A stretch of DNA of 64,000 nucleotides from Candidatus Moanibacter sp. (GCA_965215885.1 CBDCEW010000093.1:1-64000); one strand, 5' to 3'; shown: positions 1 through 11,669, counted from the stretch's first letter. Notes: generated by a model from the letters alone, not told the origin. Numbers and translations: made by a program.

Positions 1-3000
1 CCAGAATCTCGAAGGATGCGGTCGTGCTATTGCCGACCCGCCGGCTCTGCACCGCGTCGATCGTATCGAAAGTATCGTCCAACTGCCCGAAAAACGGTGA
101 ACTCAAATTGTTAATGATCTGGAAGGCGGAAGCGCCGCCTTCGGCCTCGTCGAGGTCGAGCCCCTCTTCAAGCGAGACCGCGGCGAAGAAGAGATCTTCG
201 TCGTCCGATCCCAAGACGTTGTTGTCTTCATTCGATTCCGGTATCTCCTCGTCGGAATCCACCACCACACCGATAAAGAGAAATCGGCCGATGGGCGTGT
301 CCTCCTGAATCTGAATGGTGCTGACGAACGATTGGGTCTGCCCCACGGAGACGCCACCGGTGAACTCGACGCTGGTGAGTTCAAAATCTGTGTTACTGCC
401 AAAGACACGGTCGTCCGAGAGCACGACCGTTACTTTGAAAGGATCGACGGCGCGCTCCAGCCCATCGTTGGTTACGGCAAAATCGAGGGTGAGAGTATCG
501 CCAAAGAGGAAAAAGCCCGGATCGTGATTCAATTCTGTGACCCTCAAATCGGGCCTTGCCTCGATCGTAACATCCGGGAACTCGGAGATGAAGATGTTAT
601 TGCCCTCATCGAATTCAACCACGATATTGGTAGCGTCGACCTCGACGACGACGTGGTAATCGCCCGAGGCGAGAGTGGTCGGCAAATCGATAACCCCTTC
701 GAAGATGAAGCTGGCATTCTCGTCGAGGTCGCGCAGCATGAGCAGCTCACCAACGAGGGGATCGTCGGCGACATCGAAAGAGGAATTCACGGAGAGGTAT
801 ACCTTGACGGAAAAATCATCCGGCAGACCCTGAATATCGGCCGCCGAACCCTGGTTGCTGCCGAGCACGGTCAGTTCGAGATCGTCCAACTGGAGCACAA
901 ATGTGCCGGGCTCGAAGAAGATGTCTTCTACGATGAGGTCCGGTAGCGGCGGGACAGCCAACAGGAAGAAAGTGACGGAGTCCACCCAACCGGCGTCTTC
1001 GCCCTGGCTCACCGTGCCGTCCTTACGGTAGGTAAAACGAAAGGTGTAGGGTCCGGGACTGAGTTCCTCTCTGACCTCGACAAAGTCGCCTCCCAGACCG
1101 GATATCGATTCAATTTCCTCGCCGTTGATGCTGAAGCTCAGGAAATCAAACCCCGGTTCTGAATCGACCTTCCAATAGAAACTGATCTCGAAATCATCAA
1201 CGAAGTTGACATCGAACTCGAAGAATGTCTCCCCGTTATCGTCGATTTCGCCGCTCTGGCCGGCCTCCGTGCTGTCAACCGGGCCGGGAACATTCCCGGT
1301 AACCATCGCGGTCTGCCCGAACCAGGAGGAATCACCACCGAGGCGCACTTCGAAATTCTGCTTCTCTTCGAACGGTGACGGGTTTCCTCCGGGAGGATCC
1401 GGCAGATGTTCCTCGAGCGAATCCGCCAGATCGGCCCCTAAAATTTCGACATCCGCATTGGCGGTGAAGAAGATGTTGTTGGAATCATCCGCTTCCGTGA
1501 TGAGATTGTCGAAGTCGACTTGAATACCGACGAAGTAGTCACCGGCTGCAGTGTTGTCGGGAACGGTAGTGGAGACGGATGAAAAATCCGTAATTACCTC
1601 CGCCTCGCGAGCGATGAGTATATTTGCTACCTCGAGTGATTCGAAGAGGACGGTGTCATCGAGGTCACCACGCACTTTGTTCTTGGAGATAAAGACCTTG
1701 ATAAAAGTGGTTTCTTCGAGATCGAATTCCTCGGTGTTCTCGACCGTTATGGAATCGATATCTACGTTCGCTCCGCGCATGTAGGATGCCACTGGAACGT
1801 TGGCCGCGGATACCTCGAGATCGGCAAAGAGATCGAGGGGATCGAGGAAGAATCTATTGTTCCCCTGAGTGGAAGCGATCTCCCCAACTTCATTAACCGC
1901 GTCCACAAACGCGACCGGGAAGTAGGTGCCGGCTGGAAAATCCGCGTTGGCACCGCCCGGATCGATAGCCGGGACGAGATAGGTCTTGGTATCGAGAAAC
2001 GCTTCATCGGAATCGAGGTTGCCGACGTGCTGAATCTTACCCTGACTTCCCAGTCCGAGGGTGATATCATCGTCATTCCCGATTATGGTATCCTGCGTAA
2101 CGATGATATCCACGACAACGGGAGGATTCCCATTGGCGACATATTCTCCGCCCTGGTTAAGGACACCCACCTTGAAGCCGATTTCGCTATTCCTGGTGAA
2201 GCTGGTATCGGTAAAGTCGAAGGTAGTTACAAGAAGATCGGGAAAAATGGAGAATTCGGTCTGCACAATGAAAGAGTTATCGTCTAGCGTGATCTCGGCC
2301 GGACCACTCACAATAACGACCTCAAACCCCACAAAAAAGATATTGCTCGGCAAGTTGCTGGGGAGGTCAAAGGGAAAATCGGAATCCGTAAAGTCCCTCG
2401 CCTCACTAAATGAGAAGCCGTCCGAGATGGGTATTGTCCCAATTACCTCGTCACCGCCATCGACTACCTGGTCGGTCGTAAGAACGATATTCAGTTCAAT
2501 CTGCGCGTCGTTATCTTCGAACTGGGAGCCGGAGTTGAAGAGACTGACAGAATAATCAAGGGCATCTCCCGGGCGAAGCGAGGCATTGATTACGCTGGCC
2601 GTCGGAATCGCCAGGTCTGGAAGAAAGTCAAATACCTGCGCGTTATCCAGAAAAGTATTGTTCGCGAAGTCGAGTTCGAGGATGACGTCACCCGGATTAA
2701 CGATAAAGGCGAAGAAGTAATCCTCTGTGGGAATGACGGTAGGCAGAGTGAGCGACTCCAGGAGCTGCACTGTTTCACCGAAAGCGATACCGGCATCCAG
2801 AAGTATCGTACCCACGTCGAGATCGTCGCCATCCCCGGTAACTTCATTGGTTGTGAGTATTATATCAATCGGTATCGGTGGTGCGTCCACCGGGTGATCG
2901 CCCGCGCCCGCCGTGAGGTTACCGATCGAGAACGTGAATTGCACCTGTTCACCCGGTCTTTTCTCGGTGGCAAGCGGCCCCGCCGAAATGATTGAGAAAT

Positions 3001-3112
3001 CGGGCGATCGTAAAATGGAGTATTGATTGGGAGAGACTGTCACATTGTTCGTCTCGTCTTCCTCGATGACGACCCCGTTAGCATCCGCTGTATACCTGAC
3101 GGAAAGGTCTCC
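1..3112 (-). CDS. C-terminal continuation (runs off the window start) of a giant secreted CARDB-repeat protein, separated from its RCC1 N-terminus by a frameshift near 3110
   Basis: Manual minus-strand translation is open from ~3110 to 1 (..DLSVRYTADANGVVIEEDETNN..PDLIVEDIFFEPG..VDSDEEIPESNEDNN..). It has repeated PDL...VD...E.NE.NN CARDB motifs and FYWKVDSE..FDFL..KDG..G.DAGWVD beta-sandwich modules. Absent from the ORF track because there is no stop in the window. Confidence 0.85.
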
Positions 3113-4632
3113 TCCGGTATGCCCAGACCAACAAAGATGTTGCCCGCCAGGGTCACCCGGTCGCCCCCGGAAAGTCCCGTGCCGAAAGTCACCGGTGCGA
3201 GGACAAAGGGACCGCTCGCAGCGTTGAACAACTCCACACTGATCTCAATCTCGGGGATCGCTTGAGTAGGTATGAAGTTCGCCCCATTGTTCACCAGATC
3301 GAAAGTGTAACCGATATTCTGCCCCAGGGAGAACTGGAGTGAAACGTTATCGATATCTATGTTCTCGATAAGAAAATCCGGCCGTGGATCGCCTGGATCA
3401 CTGTCATCAAAAACTACCTGCAGGAAGGCATCCGATTCCGTAACGAGAGGGCTTCCCAATTGGCCCCGGCCGTTGTCACCCGCCGCGAATACTTCATCCA
3501 GACCATTGGCAGCAAGAGAATGCTTCCGCCCCGCGGATACCGCCACCCAGTTCGCTGCGGCGCCGATCTGTACCGGATTGCGCTGGTTGAGACCGCTCTG
3601 GTCTCCCAGCTGTCCATCCGAATTGAGGCCCCATGACCAAAGCGTGTTCCCGGTTTTCAGGCCGAGCGAATGTTTCGAACCGGCCGACACTTCATCCCAA
3701 TCGGTGTCGCTACCCACCCGCACGAACTCCGACTGGTCGCTAAGCAGGGGACCGGTGCCGAGCTGACCCTCAATATTGCGTCCCGCCGCCCAAAGCTCTC
3801 CAATTGTCTTAACCGCCAGGGTATGGTTTCCGCCACCCGAGACGGTGTCCCAATTCGAGGCGGAATCTGCCAGGGTCGGCACCGTAAAAAAGGGACTCGG
3901 TGAACCAAGGCCGAGCTTTCCATGGAGATTATCACCCCATGTGTAAAGTAGCCCACTGCTCTGCACGGCGGCGGAATGAAAATCACCCGCCCCGATATCT
4001 TTGAAGGTTAAACTCGGCTCAATCGCTATGAGATCGAAGGATGTCTCAAACGGGTTTCCATCTCCGCCAACATCGCCGTTGCCCAATTGGCCGCTGCTGT
4101 CGCTTCCAAAAGCCCAGAGCGAACCGGTGTCTTTCAAAGCCAGGGTATGGAACCCCCCGGCACAGACCGCCAGCCAATCGGTGTCCGCGCCGATCTGCGT
4201 GGGGACGTTTACGGAAGCCACGCCGGCGCCAAGTCCCAATTGTCCCTGCGCGTTACTCCCGATACCCCAGAGGGTTCGGCTGCCGGCTCCATCATCGCGT
4301 ATCGCGACGGTGTGGTCCTTGCCGGCCGAAACCTGCACCCAATTTGGAGCAACATCACTGATTTCAATCGCCTCAGAGAAATCGACGTCGTTCCCTGTGC
4401 CCAACTGCCCATCCCGATTTATTCCCCAAGTCCACAACGATCCCGGATTGCTTGCCGCCAGTAGATCGATGCCTCGCACGGAGTGCTGATCGCCCGCTGC
4501 GATAGGTCCTCCGTCCCCAAAAGAGGAATAATGAGCTAGAGTTGTCGAGATGAGGAGCCAAAGCCCCAATGTCGGCGCATAAGAAAATGCGCCTTTACTA
4601 AAACGTGATGATTTCATGATTAAGCCTTTCAA
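3040..4632 (-). CDS. Signal peptide plus RCC1/BLIP-II-like beta-propeller (N-terminal part of the giant CARDB protein)
   Basis: About 7 repeats of W.WG.N..GQLG.G...W..VSAG..H..A and a hydrophobic N-terminus. The frame breaks at CCG GAG GAG ACC, where one more G would restore P-E-G-D-L-S-V-R-Y. Confidence 0.85.
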   Translation of the reverse strand: MKGLIMKSSRFSKGAFSYAPTLGLWLLISTTLAHYSSFGDGGPIAAGDQHSVRGIDLLAASNPGSLWTWGINRDGQLGTGNDVDFSEAIEISDVAPNWVQVSAGKDHTVAIRDDGAGSRTLWGIGSNAQGQLGLGAGVASVNVPTQIGADTDWLAVCAGGFHTLALKDTGSLWAFGSDSSGQLGNGDVGGDGNPFETSFDLIAIEPSLTFKDIGAGDFHSAAVQSSGLLYTWGDNLHGKLGLGSPSPFFTVPTLADSASNWDTVSGGGNHTLAVKTIGELWAAGRNIEGQLGTGPLLSDQSEFVRVGSDTDWDEVSAGSKHSLGLKTGNTLWSWGLNSDGQLGDQSGLNQRNPVQIGAAANWVAVSAGRKHSLAANGLDEVFAAGDNGRGQLGSPLVTESDAFLQVVFDDSDPGDPRPDFLIENIDIDNVSLQFSLGQNIGYTFDLVNNGANFIPTQAIPEIEISVELFNAASGPFVLAPVTFGTGLSGGDRVTLAGNIFVGLGIPEETFPSGIQRMLTGSSSRKTRRTM

Positions 4633-4669
4633 TAATTGGTATGATATACGGTAAGTGCTGTAATCATGA

Positions 4670-7600
4670 TTAGTCCTCTAGTACTCTTAACCGCATAAAT
4701 CGTTGATCCTGATCATCCGCATCTACGGGAATATTGTCGCGCACCGTAATTCGTGCAGTATAGCCACGCTCGGCGATACTGAGCACGAGGGTATCGGAGT
4801 GCAGACCGGCATTTCCGTTTAGACTGCCGGATCCGGTGGGTGCCAGGAACGGCGGTTCAATGGTCAATATTGGAGTAAAATTGATCATGTCTGAAGAGAC
4901 TTCGACAAAATAGAGCAAATCATCGGCAAAGATATTCAGATCGAAGGTCAGACTGAGAAATTCCTCATTTTCAAAGAGCGTAATACCGAAGCTCATGTCT
5001 GAAGAGACTTCGACAAAATAGAGCAAATCAAGATTCCGTTTCCATTTGTATCGGCAACCTGTGGGCTGGAATCGATGGCGTATTCCTCCAGATTCGTCAG
5101 CCCGTCGCCATCAGGATCAAGGTCCGGATCCACCGGATTGAGTTCGCTGCGGGCCGCCCAGGCGGCGAAGTCTTCCGAACCATTCGGCAGGAAGAAGATC
5201 GGTATGGCAAATACGGGCAGGAACTGATTGCGTTCGTCGGACTCCGGAACCGCATTCGCGGAATCGATATCGATGGTAAAAAAATAGCGTTCGAATTCAA
5301 TATCGGGCAGATCCCCAGGGAGGGCGTCCTGAATCTCGGCCAAGGTCGGAAGGATGAGTTCCGCGACAACGCGGATTCGGCCACCCTGCGGGTTGAACTC
5401 GTCGACGCCGGGCAGGAACGCATTCTCCGGAAAGTCCGAAAGGATATCGATCGAAGCGGCTATGCCCGTGAAATCGTTGATGCGCAATGGATCGTTTAAT
5501 ATCTGGCCCGCGAAATTGTCTAATAGAGACGAGTTCTCGAAGATAGAGAAGAGAGTTATCCGCTGGTTAAAGATGGCGGCACCGTTGGTCGCTTCCAGAC
5601 CCCGATTTCGGATATCAAAACTGATCGTTACAGATCCCTCCGGATAATAAATCTTCGTGTTGTCGACCGTGAAGTTTTCCACCACGAGATTGGGTAAACG
5701 CTGCACCGTGACGTCGCGGTTCGACGTGATGGCAAAGTTATTATCCGTCGGGGTAAACGGAATGAAGTCCGCCCCTTCGAATTCGTCGATGCGATCGTTA
5801 AAATCGATAAATGCGGCAACAAAGTAATCTCCCGCGGCTGCGAAATCCGGAATCAAGACATCTCCCTCAAACACAATTTGCAGACCGGAATCGCCCTGTG
5901 TCTGCTGCACAACCGCGACCTGGCCGAGGGAGATGTCGTCATCATTACCCCAAACGCTATCCGCCGTCAACCGCAGTTCGATATCGGAAGCGCCGAATGC
6001 AAAGGTGGCAGGGATATCGGTTCCCCGGTTCTCGGCAACCACCCTGATCGGCACCTTATCCCCATCGATATCATCGAGCCGATCCAGGATGTAGGTTCCC
6101 GATTCCACCTCGAGGCTCTTGATAAGCAAGTCCGGTTCGGTCACAGGAGTGAAGCTTATCGCATCGAGCCATGCAGTATCGAGTATGCCCTCTTCTTCAT
6201 CCCCGCTGTTCTTGGTATACGCCCATTGAATCTTCTGTGTTCCGGCCGGCACGAAAAAGGTTTCCTGCGTCCAGTCGATATCCCCCGATATGCGCTTCTC
6301 CTCGATGTCGCTTATGAGGAATCGCAGGAGATTGAAGTTCTGGATTGAGGAGACCTTCCAATAGAAAGTGACCAGCTGGGGTAGGGCCGGATCGGTGAAT
6401 TCGGTCAGTTGCGTTTCGATGATTGTCTCCTCTCCTACTCCAATAGGTGAAGATTGGACCGCATCGCTATTACCTGCTACAGGCGCGAATTCACTATTCT
6501 GACCAAACCAGGTGGAATCCCCTCCCGTCTCCCAGCCAAAAGGCGCCACGAAGTCGAGCGCATCGTCCAAGGAGATATTGGGGTTAATCGGCACGTCCGC
6601 GGATGAGGACAACACCTCGTTATTGGATTCACCAGACTCGAGCACCACATCAAAGAAGTCGAGCCGCGCCATGAGGCGATAATCGTCCGCCACCGCGATA
6701 TTGAGCGGTATCTGTACATTCCGCACCAGTTCAACTACTTCACCTGGATTCAGGCCCAGTCCGTAAGAGAAAGTCTCGAGGATAAAGTCGTTCTTTACCT
6801 GGCTGTCCTCTTCATCATACTGTGGATCGGGCGAAATGCGAATCTGGATGGAGAAAGGCGGCGTAGACCGCACCTCGGCAATACCCGTGTTAGTGAACCG
6901 CAACTGAACCTGCAGCTCCGCGCCACTCGAAAATCCATCCGCCGGCGGCACCGTGAGCAACTGGATGCCGGGGTCGCCTAAGGGATCCGCGGAGTCTGGC
7001 ACCCATTCCAAATCGGGGCTTGAAGTCTGGATTCGGTCCACCCAGCCGGCGTCCCGACCAGATGAAATGGAACCGTCCTTTTGATACTCCCAACGGACGG
7101 TATGAGTTCCTTGCGGCACCTCAAAACTCTCCACCATCCAATCGATATCCGGTTCGCGCCCGAAGATAAATTTTACTATCACCCCGTCGATGAGGAAATT
7201 GAGAGTATCAAATTTCAGGACTTGCTGTTCATCTGAGCCCTGCGTGACGAATGCCCGCTCCGACTCCACCTTCCATGCGAAGCTGATCACCGATGGCCCA
7301 ACCGGATTGTCGATATCGAACTCGAATCCGGATACCTCGTTGTCGATAATATCGACGCTTTGGGCGGCGGCCTCGCCGTCAAAAGTCTCCAGACTTTGGG
7401 CAAAGAAGGGGGCATCGATTCCCGGTAGATCGTTGTTGCGGATATTCGGTGAGAAACCGTTATCGACCGTTCCCACGCCCTGCGCCACGGTAAATTCCGA
7501 GAAGACCTGACTGTTGTCATCGGAACCCACCGTGTTATCGGTTTCACGCGACTCCGTGACATCCGCTTCCGCATCGACCACAAGACCCATGAAAAAGAAG

Positions 7601-8077
7601 TCGCCGATCGGGGTATCGGGAGGTACCTGCCTCGAGAATTGATAATTGCGCGTCTGTCCCACCGGCAGGCCTGTCGTCTCCGTCACGGAGAAGAAGACAA
7701 AATCGCTCCCCTCGCCGAAATCGACATCTTCGGACAAGACTACCTGGATTTTGAAAGGTTTCGTGTTGATCGCCAATCCGTCATTGCGTATGGAGAAAAA
7801 CAGCTGAACCTCGTCACCGAAAAGAATCAATTCGGGCTCCGGGTCCGTCTCCGGATCCGGGAAGGAGGTGATGAAATCAAAAGAAACCGGCACCAGATTC
7901 GGTCGGGGCTCAATAAAAATGCCGTTACTCTCCGTTATGAAGACATTATTGTCCTCGTCACTCTCATCGACGAGATTCGAACTGTCGACTGATACAATAA
8001 GGAAATAATTCCCCGAAGGAATAATAACCAATTCGTTATTGATCACAACCATACTCGGAATGTCGAGGGCGGGCGCG
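4670..8077 (-). pseudogene. Large acidic CARDB-repeat surface protein with a verrucomicrobial-type C-terminal domain; 5' part lost at the IS and frameshifted by a 35-bp insertion near 5030
   Basis: ORF 4993..8103 starts inside the IS end and begins mid-CARDB domain. The C-terminus DPDGDGLTNLEEYA...Y.VE.S.D...ITVRD...QRFMRLRV is completed in ORF 4670..5026. Confidence 0.85.
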
Positions 8078-9971
8078 CAGGGTAAAAGGATTCCAGGAAG
8101 CAACTAGCTGATAAGCAAGAAGATAAAAAAAGAGCTAAACAAACCCGAGGGAATCAGTCATGTTAAGATGGGATGAAAGACAAAAAATCTTACCAACTGA
8201 ATCCTTCGATAGATCGTTTAACTCTGCGTCTGGTCCTGCCCGAAGAGCAGGAGCGATTCAATGATCTATTGAAACAACATCATTATTTACACAGTGCGGG
8301 CAGCGCAGGAGAGACCCTGCGCTATGTGGCGCAGATCGACGGGCAATGGATGGGCCTGCTCTTGTGGGGGGCCGCATCCTACCGGCTGAAGGATCGAGAC
8401 GAATGGATCGGGTGGGACGGGGCGCAACGGCATGCACGATTGAAACTGGTAGTACAGAACCGGCGTTTTCTGATTTTGCCCGGGGTGGATCTTGCAAATT
8501 TGGCCTCCAAGACGTTGGGTATGTGCCTGAGAGTCTTAGCCGATCACTGGCAGGAGGCTTTTGGCTATCGTCCCTTAGTAGCGGAAACGTTCGTGGACCC
8601 ACAGATTCACCGGGGCACTTGCTACGAAGCGAGCGGGTGGACGCCCTTGGGCTTGAGCGCGGGATATGGCCGCCAACGCGAAGATTTCTATCAACGCCAT
8701 GAGCGTCCCAAGCAGATCTGGGTCAAACCCCTCAAGGCTAATGCCCTTGAGCTTTTGCGCGCTTCAGGGCCATTGCCCGCGGCACAGAGCCAGGCGCTCA
8801 ATGAAACCGATAACTCCCATGCGGTCTGCCTCAAAGTGGAACAGATGAGCAGCCTGTGGGAACGCTTCAATCAGATAGAAGACTTCCGTCGTAAAGCGGG
8901 CCTTAGATATCGGCTCGCCACGGTCCTGAGCATGATTGTGCTCGGCACGATGTGCGGCAAACAGACCCTCAAGGGCATCGTGCGCCTGGCCCATCATCTC
9001 AATCAAGCCCAATTGCGCGCCTTACGCTCCTGGAAAAACCCCAAAACAGGCCGCTATAAGGCCCCTTGCTATGATGTCTTCTATCGGGTCTTGCAAAACG
9101 TAAAGGCCGAGCTCTTCGATAAAACCCTCACCGAATTCATCTGCTTACAAGACGGCTGTTTGCCCCGCGATATTGCCGTCGACGGCAAGACCCTCAAAGG
9201 CACAAACACCGAAGAATCAAAGGCTCTGCACCTGGTGGCCGCAGTCGATCACCAAAGCGCTCAAACCTTAGCCCAAGTCGCTACCGCCGATAAATCCAAC
9301 GAGATCACCGCCGCCCAGACTCTCTTGCGAAAGATGCCCATTTTGGACGGCTCCACCTTCACCTTCGACGCCATGCATAATCAAAAAGAAACTGCCCACA
9401 TCGTCGTCGAAGAACTCAGTGCTGACTATGTTATTCAAATTAAAGACAATCAGCCCAACATGCATCAATACGCTCAGAATCTCTTCAGCTCCACCCCCTT
9501 TTTCTCCACCAAACCGTGGACAATGACCATGGGCGACTCGAAATACGTCAAATAGCAACCCATTCTCTAAGCGCTCCCTCTGCCGGCCTGCCCCATGCCC
9601 GCCAGTTCGCCTGTGTGCAACGCACCTTCCATTATCCAAACAAAGCTGAACCTTCCTCTGAACGCTCTTACTACGTAAGCAGTCTCGATCCCGCCGATTT
9701 GAGCCCTCAACAGTTCCTCTCGAAAATTCGCAACCATTGCTCGATCGAAAATAAAAATCATTACCCCAGGGATCGCTTCTTCGATGAAGATCGATGTATG
9801 ATCCGTAATCATAACGCAGCCAGAATTCTTGCTGCATGCAGGCAACTGGTTCTCAGCCTCAAGTCTTCCATGGGCGCTGAATCCACTCCCGCACTCTGTG
9901 ATGATTTCGTCTTTAACTTACATAAGGCCATCAATATCATCACCTAATGCTCCGAGAATCAAAATACCGTG
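8078..9971 (+). mobile_element. ISAs1-like insertion sequence, copy 1 (1894 bp), without target-site duplication
   Basis: Left end CAGGGTAAAAGGATTC, reverse complement of right end CACGGTATTTTGATTC. Near-identical to copies at 22443 and 52494. The flanks GGCGGGCGCG and GGCAAGTATG do not match. Confidence 0.95.
8173..9947 (+). CDS. DUF4338(DruA-like)-fused ISAs1-family DDE transposase, split in two ORFs (8173..9555, 9516..9947) by a -1 frameshift
   Basis: N-terminal HHYL..GETLRY..RDEWIGW..RFLILP..NLAS..ETFVD..GTCY motif, then ISAs1 motifs AVDGKTLKG, KSNEI, DAMH, IKDNQP, HGRLEIR, IRNHCSIEN..H..RD..F.ED. Confidence 0.9.
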
Positions 9972-9990
9972 GGCAAGTATGGCTGCTGCA
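9972..9990 (-). pseudogene. Probable first codons (MQQPYL) of the gene after pilN-like (pilO-like?), cut by the IS
   Basis: ATG 9 bp after the pilN-like stop reads straight into the IS end. Identity is inferred only from gene order. Confidence 0.35.
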
Positions 9991-9999
9991 TCCACAGGG

Positions 10000-10629
10000 C
10001 TATACAGGTTTAAGTTCTATGCGAATCACGCAGTTGAATAGGCCCAATTGAGGATTTCGCACCAGCGATACAAGTTCAATCTTGTTCAGCCGATCTTTCA
10101 GTATCTCCAATTTCTCAATAGTTTTGATATAGTCTGTAACTATCTGTGTGGCGGGGTGTTCCAGGCTCCCGGACACCGAGCCCCGAAAGTTGATCGCCTT
10201 TGACATCACGTTCTTCGATTCCACTACCACCGGCTGGTCCGTATAATTGATCGTCTGTAGGAGAATCTCACGCGGCAGAGTCTCGGAAATGGCCATCATT
10301 AATCTTGAGGGCGCCACCGGAACCGAAAGAAAGTTATTCAACTCCGTATACTGGTTGGAAAGTGTGTCGAATTCGGCGCTCAATTTAAGATTGTTTTCGT
10401 TGAGCGCCGCCTTCGCGCTGATTTTGCTGTTCAAATCAGTGATCTCCCGGCTCAGTGACCGTCCATCAAACTCGTTGTGGGCTACGATAAAGAGCAGGCC
10501 CACTGAAATCGCAACGGCCAAGCCGTTAACAAGAAAATCCGTTCGAATGACCTTGATATCAGGCAGGGCCTCCGAATTGCGAAAATTCGGATGCCAGCCA
10601 GGCTCAACATCTTTCTTAGCTCTTGCCAT
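10000..10629 (-). CDS. PilN/GspL-like type IV pilus or type II secretion assembly protein
   Basis: N-terminal WHPNFRN..LPD motif, one TM helix, a coiled coil, then a ferredoxin-like periplasmic part. Overlaps the upstream PilM-like gene. Confidence 0.6.
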   Translation of the reverse strand: MARAKKDVEPGWHPNFRNSEALPDIKVIRTDFLVNGLAVAISVGLLFIVAHNEFDGRSLSREITDLNSKISAKAALNENNLKLSAEFDTLSNQYTELNNFLSVPVAPSRLMMAISETLPREILLQTINYTDQPVVVESKNVMSKAINFRGSVSGSLEHPATQIVTDYIKTIEKLEILKDRLNKIELVSLVRNPQLGLFNCVIRIELKPV

Positions 10630-11669
10630 TCTCCCCTTCCTCTGGCGTGTAGTCTCCCATTAATCCGAATAGTCCAAGCCATCGACTGTCCAAACCGTCC
10701 AACATAACTCCATCCATCACGGAAATATCCAGGGACTTCAGCCAGCCCGCGTAGTCCAAGTTCAGGACGGCGACTCCCAATGCCTTCGACAATGTGTTGT
10801 GTATCCATCGAAAATTAACCGGCAGAAGGGTAAGGTAAAGCTGGCCAATCGTCTGTCCCGTCTGCACTTCGTAAAATCCGGTCGATGCCTGTAATTCCTT
10901 CAGCATCTTCTTTAGCAGCGAGGGGCCCATCTCCGAAAAATCAAACGTGTTTGAGTAGAAGAGCTTGCGGGCAGATTCTTCATCTTTCAGACCCAACTCA
11001 CTCTGCACAGTTGGAAACATGCTGTTCAATCCGTAGGGAATGGGCCGGCAGATATCAACCTGCGTGCTGCTGAATATAAAGACGTTTGAGTTGGTCGGAG
11101 TAACCTCCAGAACAAGAGTGGGAAATTTTTCCTTCTTAAATTTTGTGTAATTTATCAGACCCGCTACCGCTCGCTATCGACCCCAACTCAAGCGTGTCCG
11201 GATAGATACCATACCCTATGATATCTTCCTGAATTTGATTAAACTCCTCCGTGCTCGCTCCACAGAACATCAGCTCTTTCTGGTTCTGCACCCCCTTCTC
11301 TTCCGAAAATTCGGTTCCGTCCACCGCATTGACTACAGCTACCGAATTCTTCGACGGATCGATTCGAAATTGAGAATTCAGCAGTTCCGCAAAGAAGTTA
11401 GGCTGCTTCGCCTTCGCCGGCGATTCCAGGGTCGTCCGGCGCAAAAAACGGCTCTTTGGGTAAACTCCGCAGCGTCCCTTCATGTAAGTGCCTGCCTTTT
11501 TCCATCTCAATCCATCCATGAATGCTCGCACGCTTTCCGAATCCTCTCCTCCCTGACACTCGTGAAGGCTCTCCACCACAAAAGGGGGTTCCAAACCCGA
11601 GGTAACTGCGGCAAGTATGCTGTATTCACTGAATTCAACAAATAATCCTTTTGATTTCGAAGAAAACAT
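10616..11669 (-). pseudogene. PilM-like cytoplasmic assembly protein, frameshifted near 11170
   Basis: ORF 11136..11669 continues after +1 nt as GLINYTKFKKEKFPTLVLEVTPTNSNVFIF..PIPYGLNSMFP into ORF 10616..11029. Actin-like-fold pattern and position upstream of a PilN-like gene. Confidence 0.65.

Noticed and set aside
24..2847. Many short ORFs in the first 3 kb and antisense ORFs across the fibre array
   Set aside because: Shadow frames of long minus-strand genes with biased codon usage.
4885..5030. Two identical 38-bp sequences as a mini CRISPR array
   Set aside because: Only two copies, a 70-bp gap, located inside coding sequence and with no cas genes. Better explained as a templated insertion.
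8078..8103. IS-supplied outward start (MLPGILLPC) rescuing truncated genes at copies 1 and 3
   Set aside because: In frame in two of three copies, which is easily chance. It is a TTG start with no clear ribosome-binding site, and the products would lack signal peptides.
8173..9947. A Druantia defence system
   Set aside because: The DUF4338-like domain lies inside an IS and no DruE-like helicase or other Dru genes accompany it. The nearby helicase is an ordinary DinG type.
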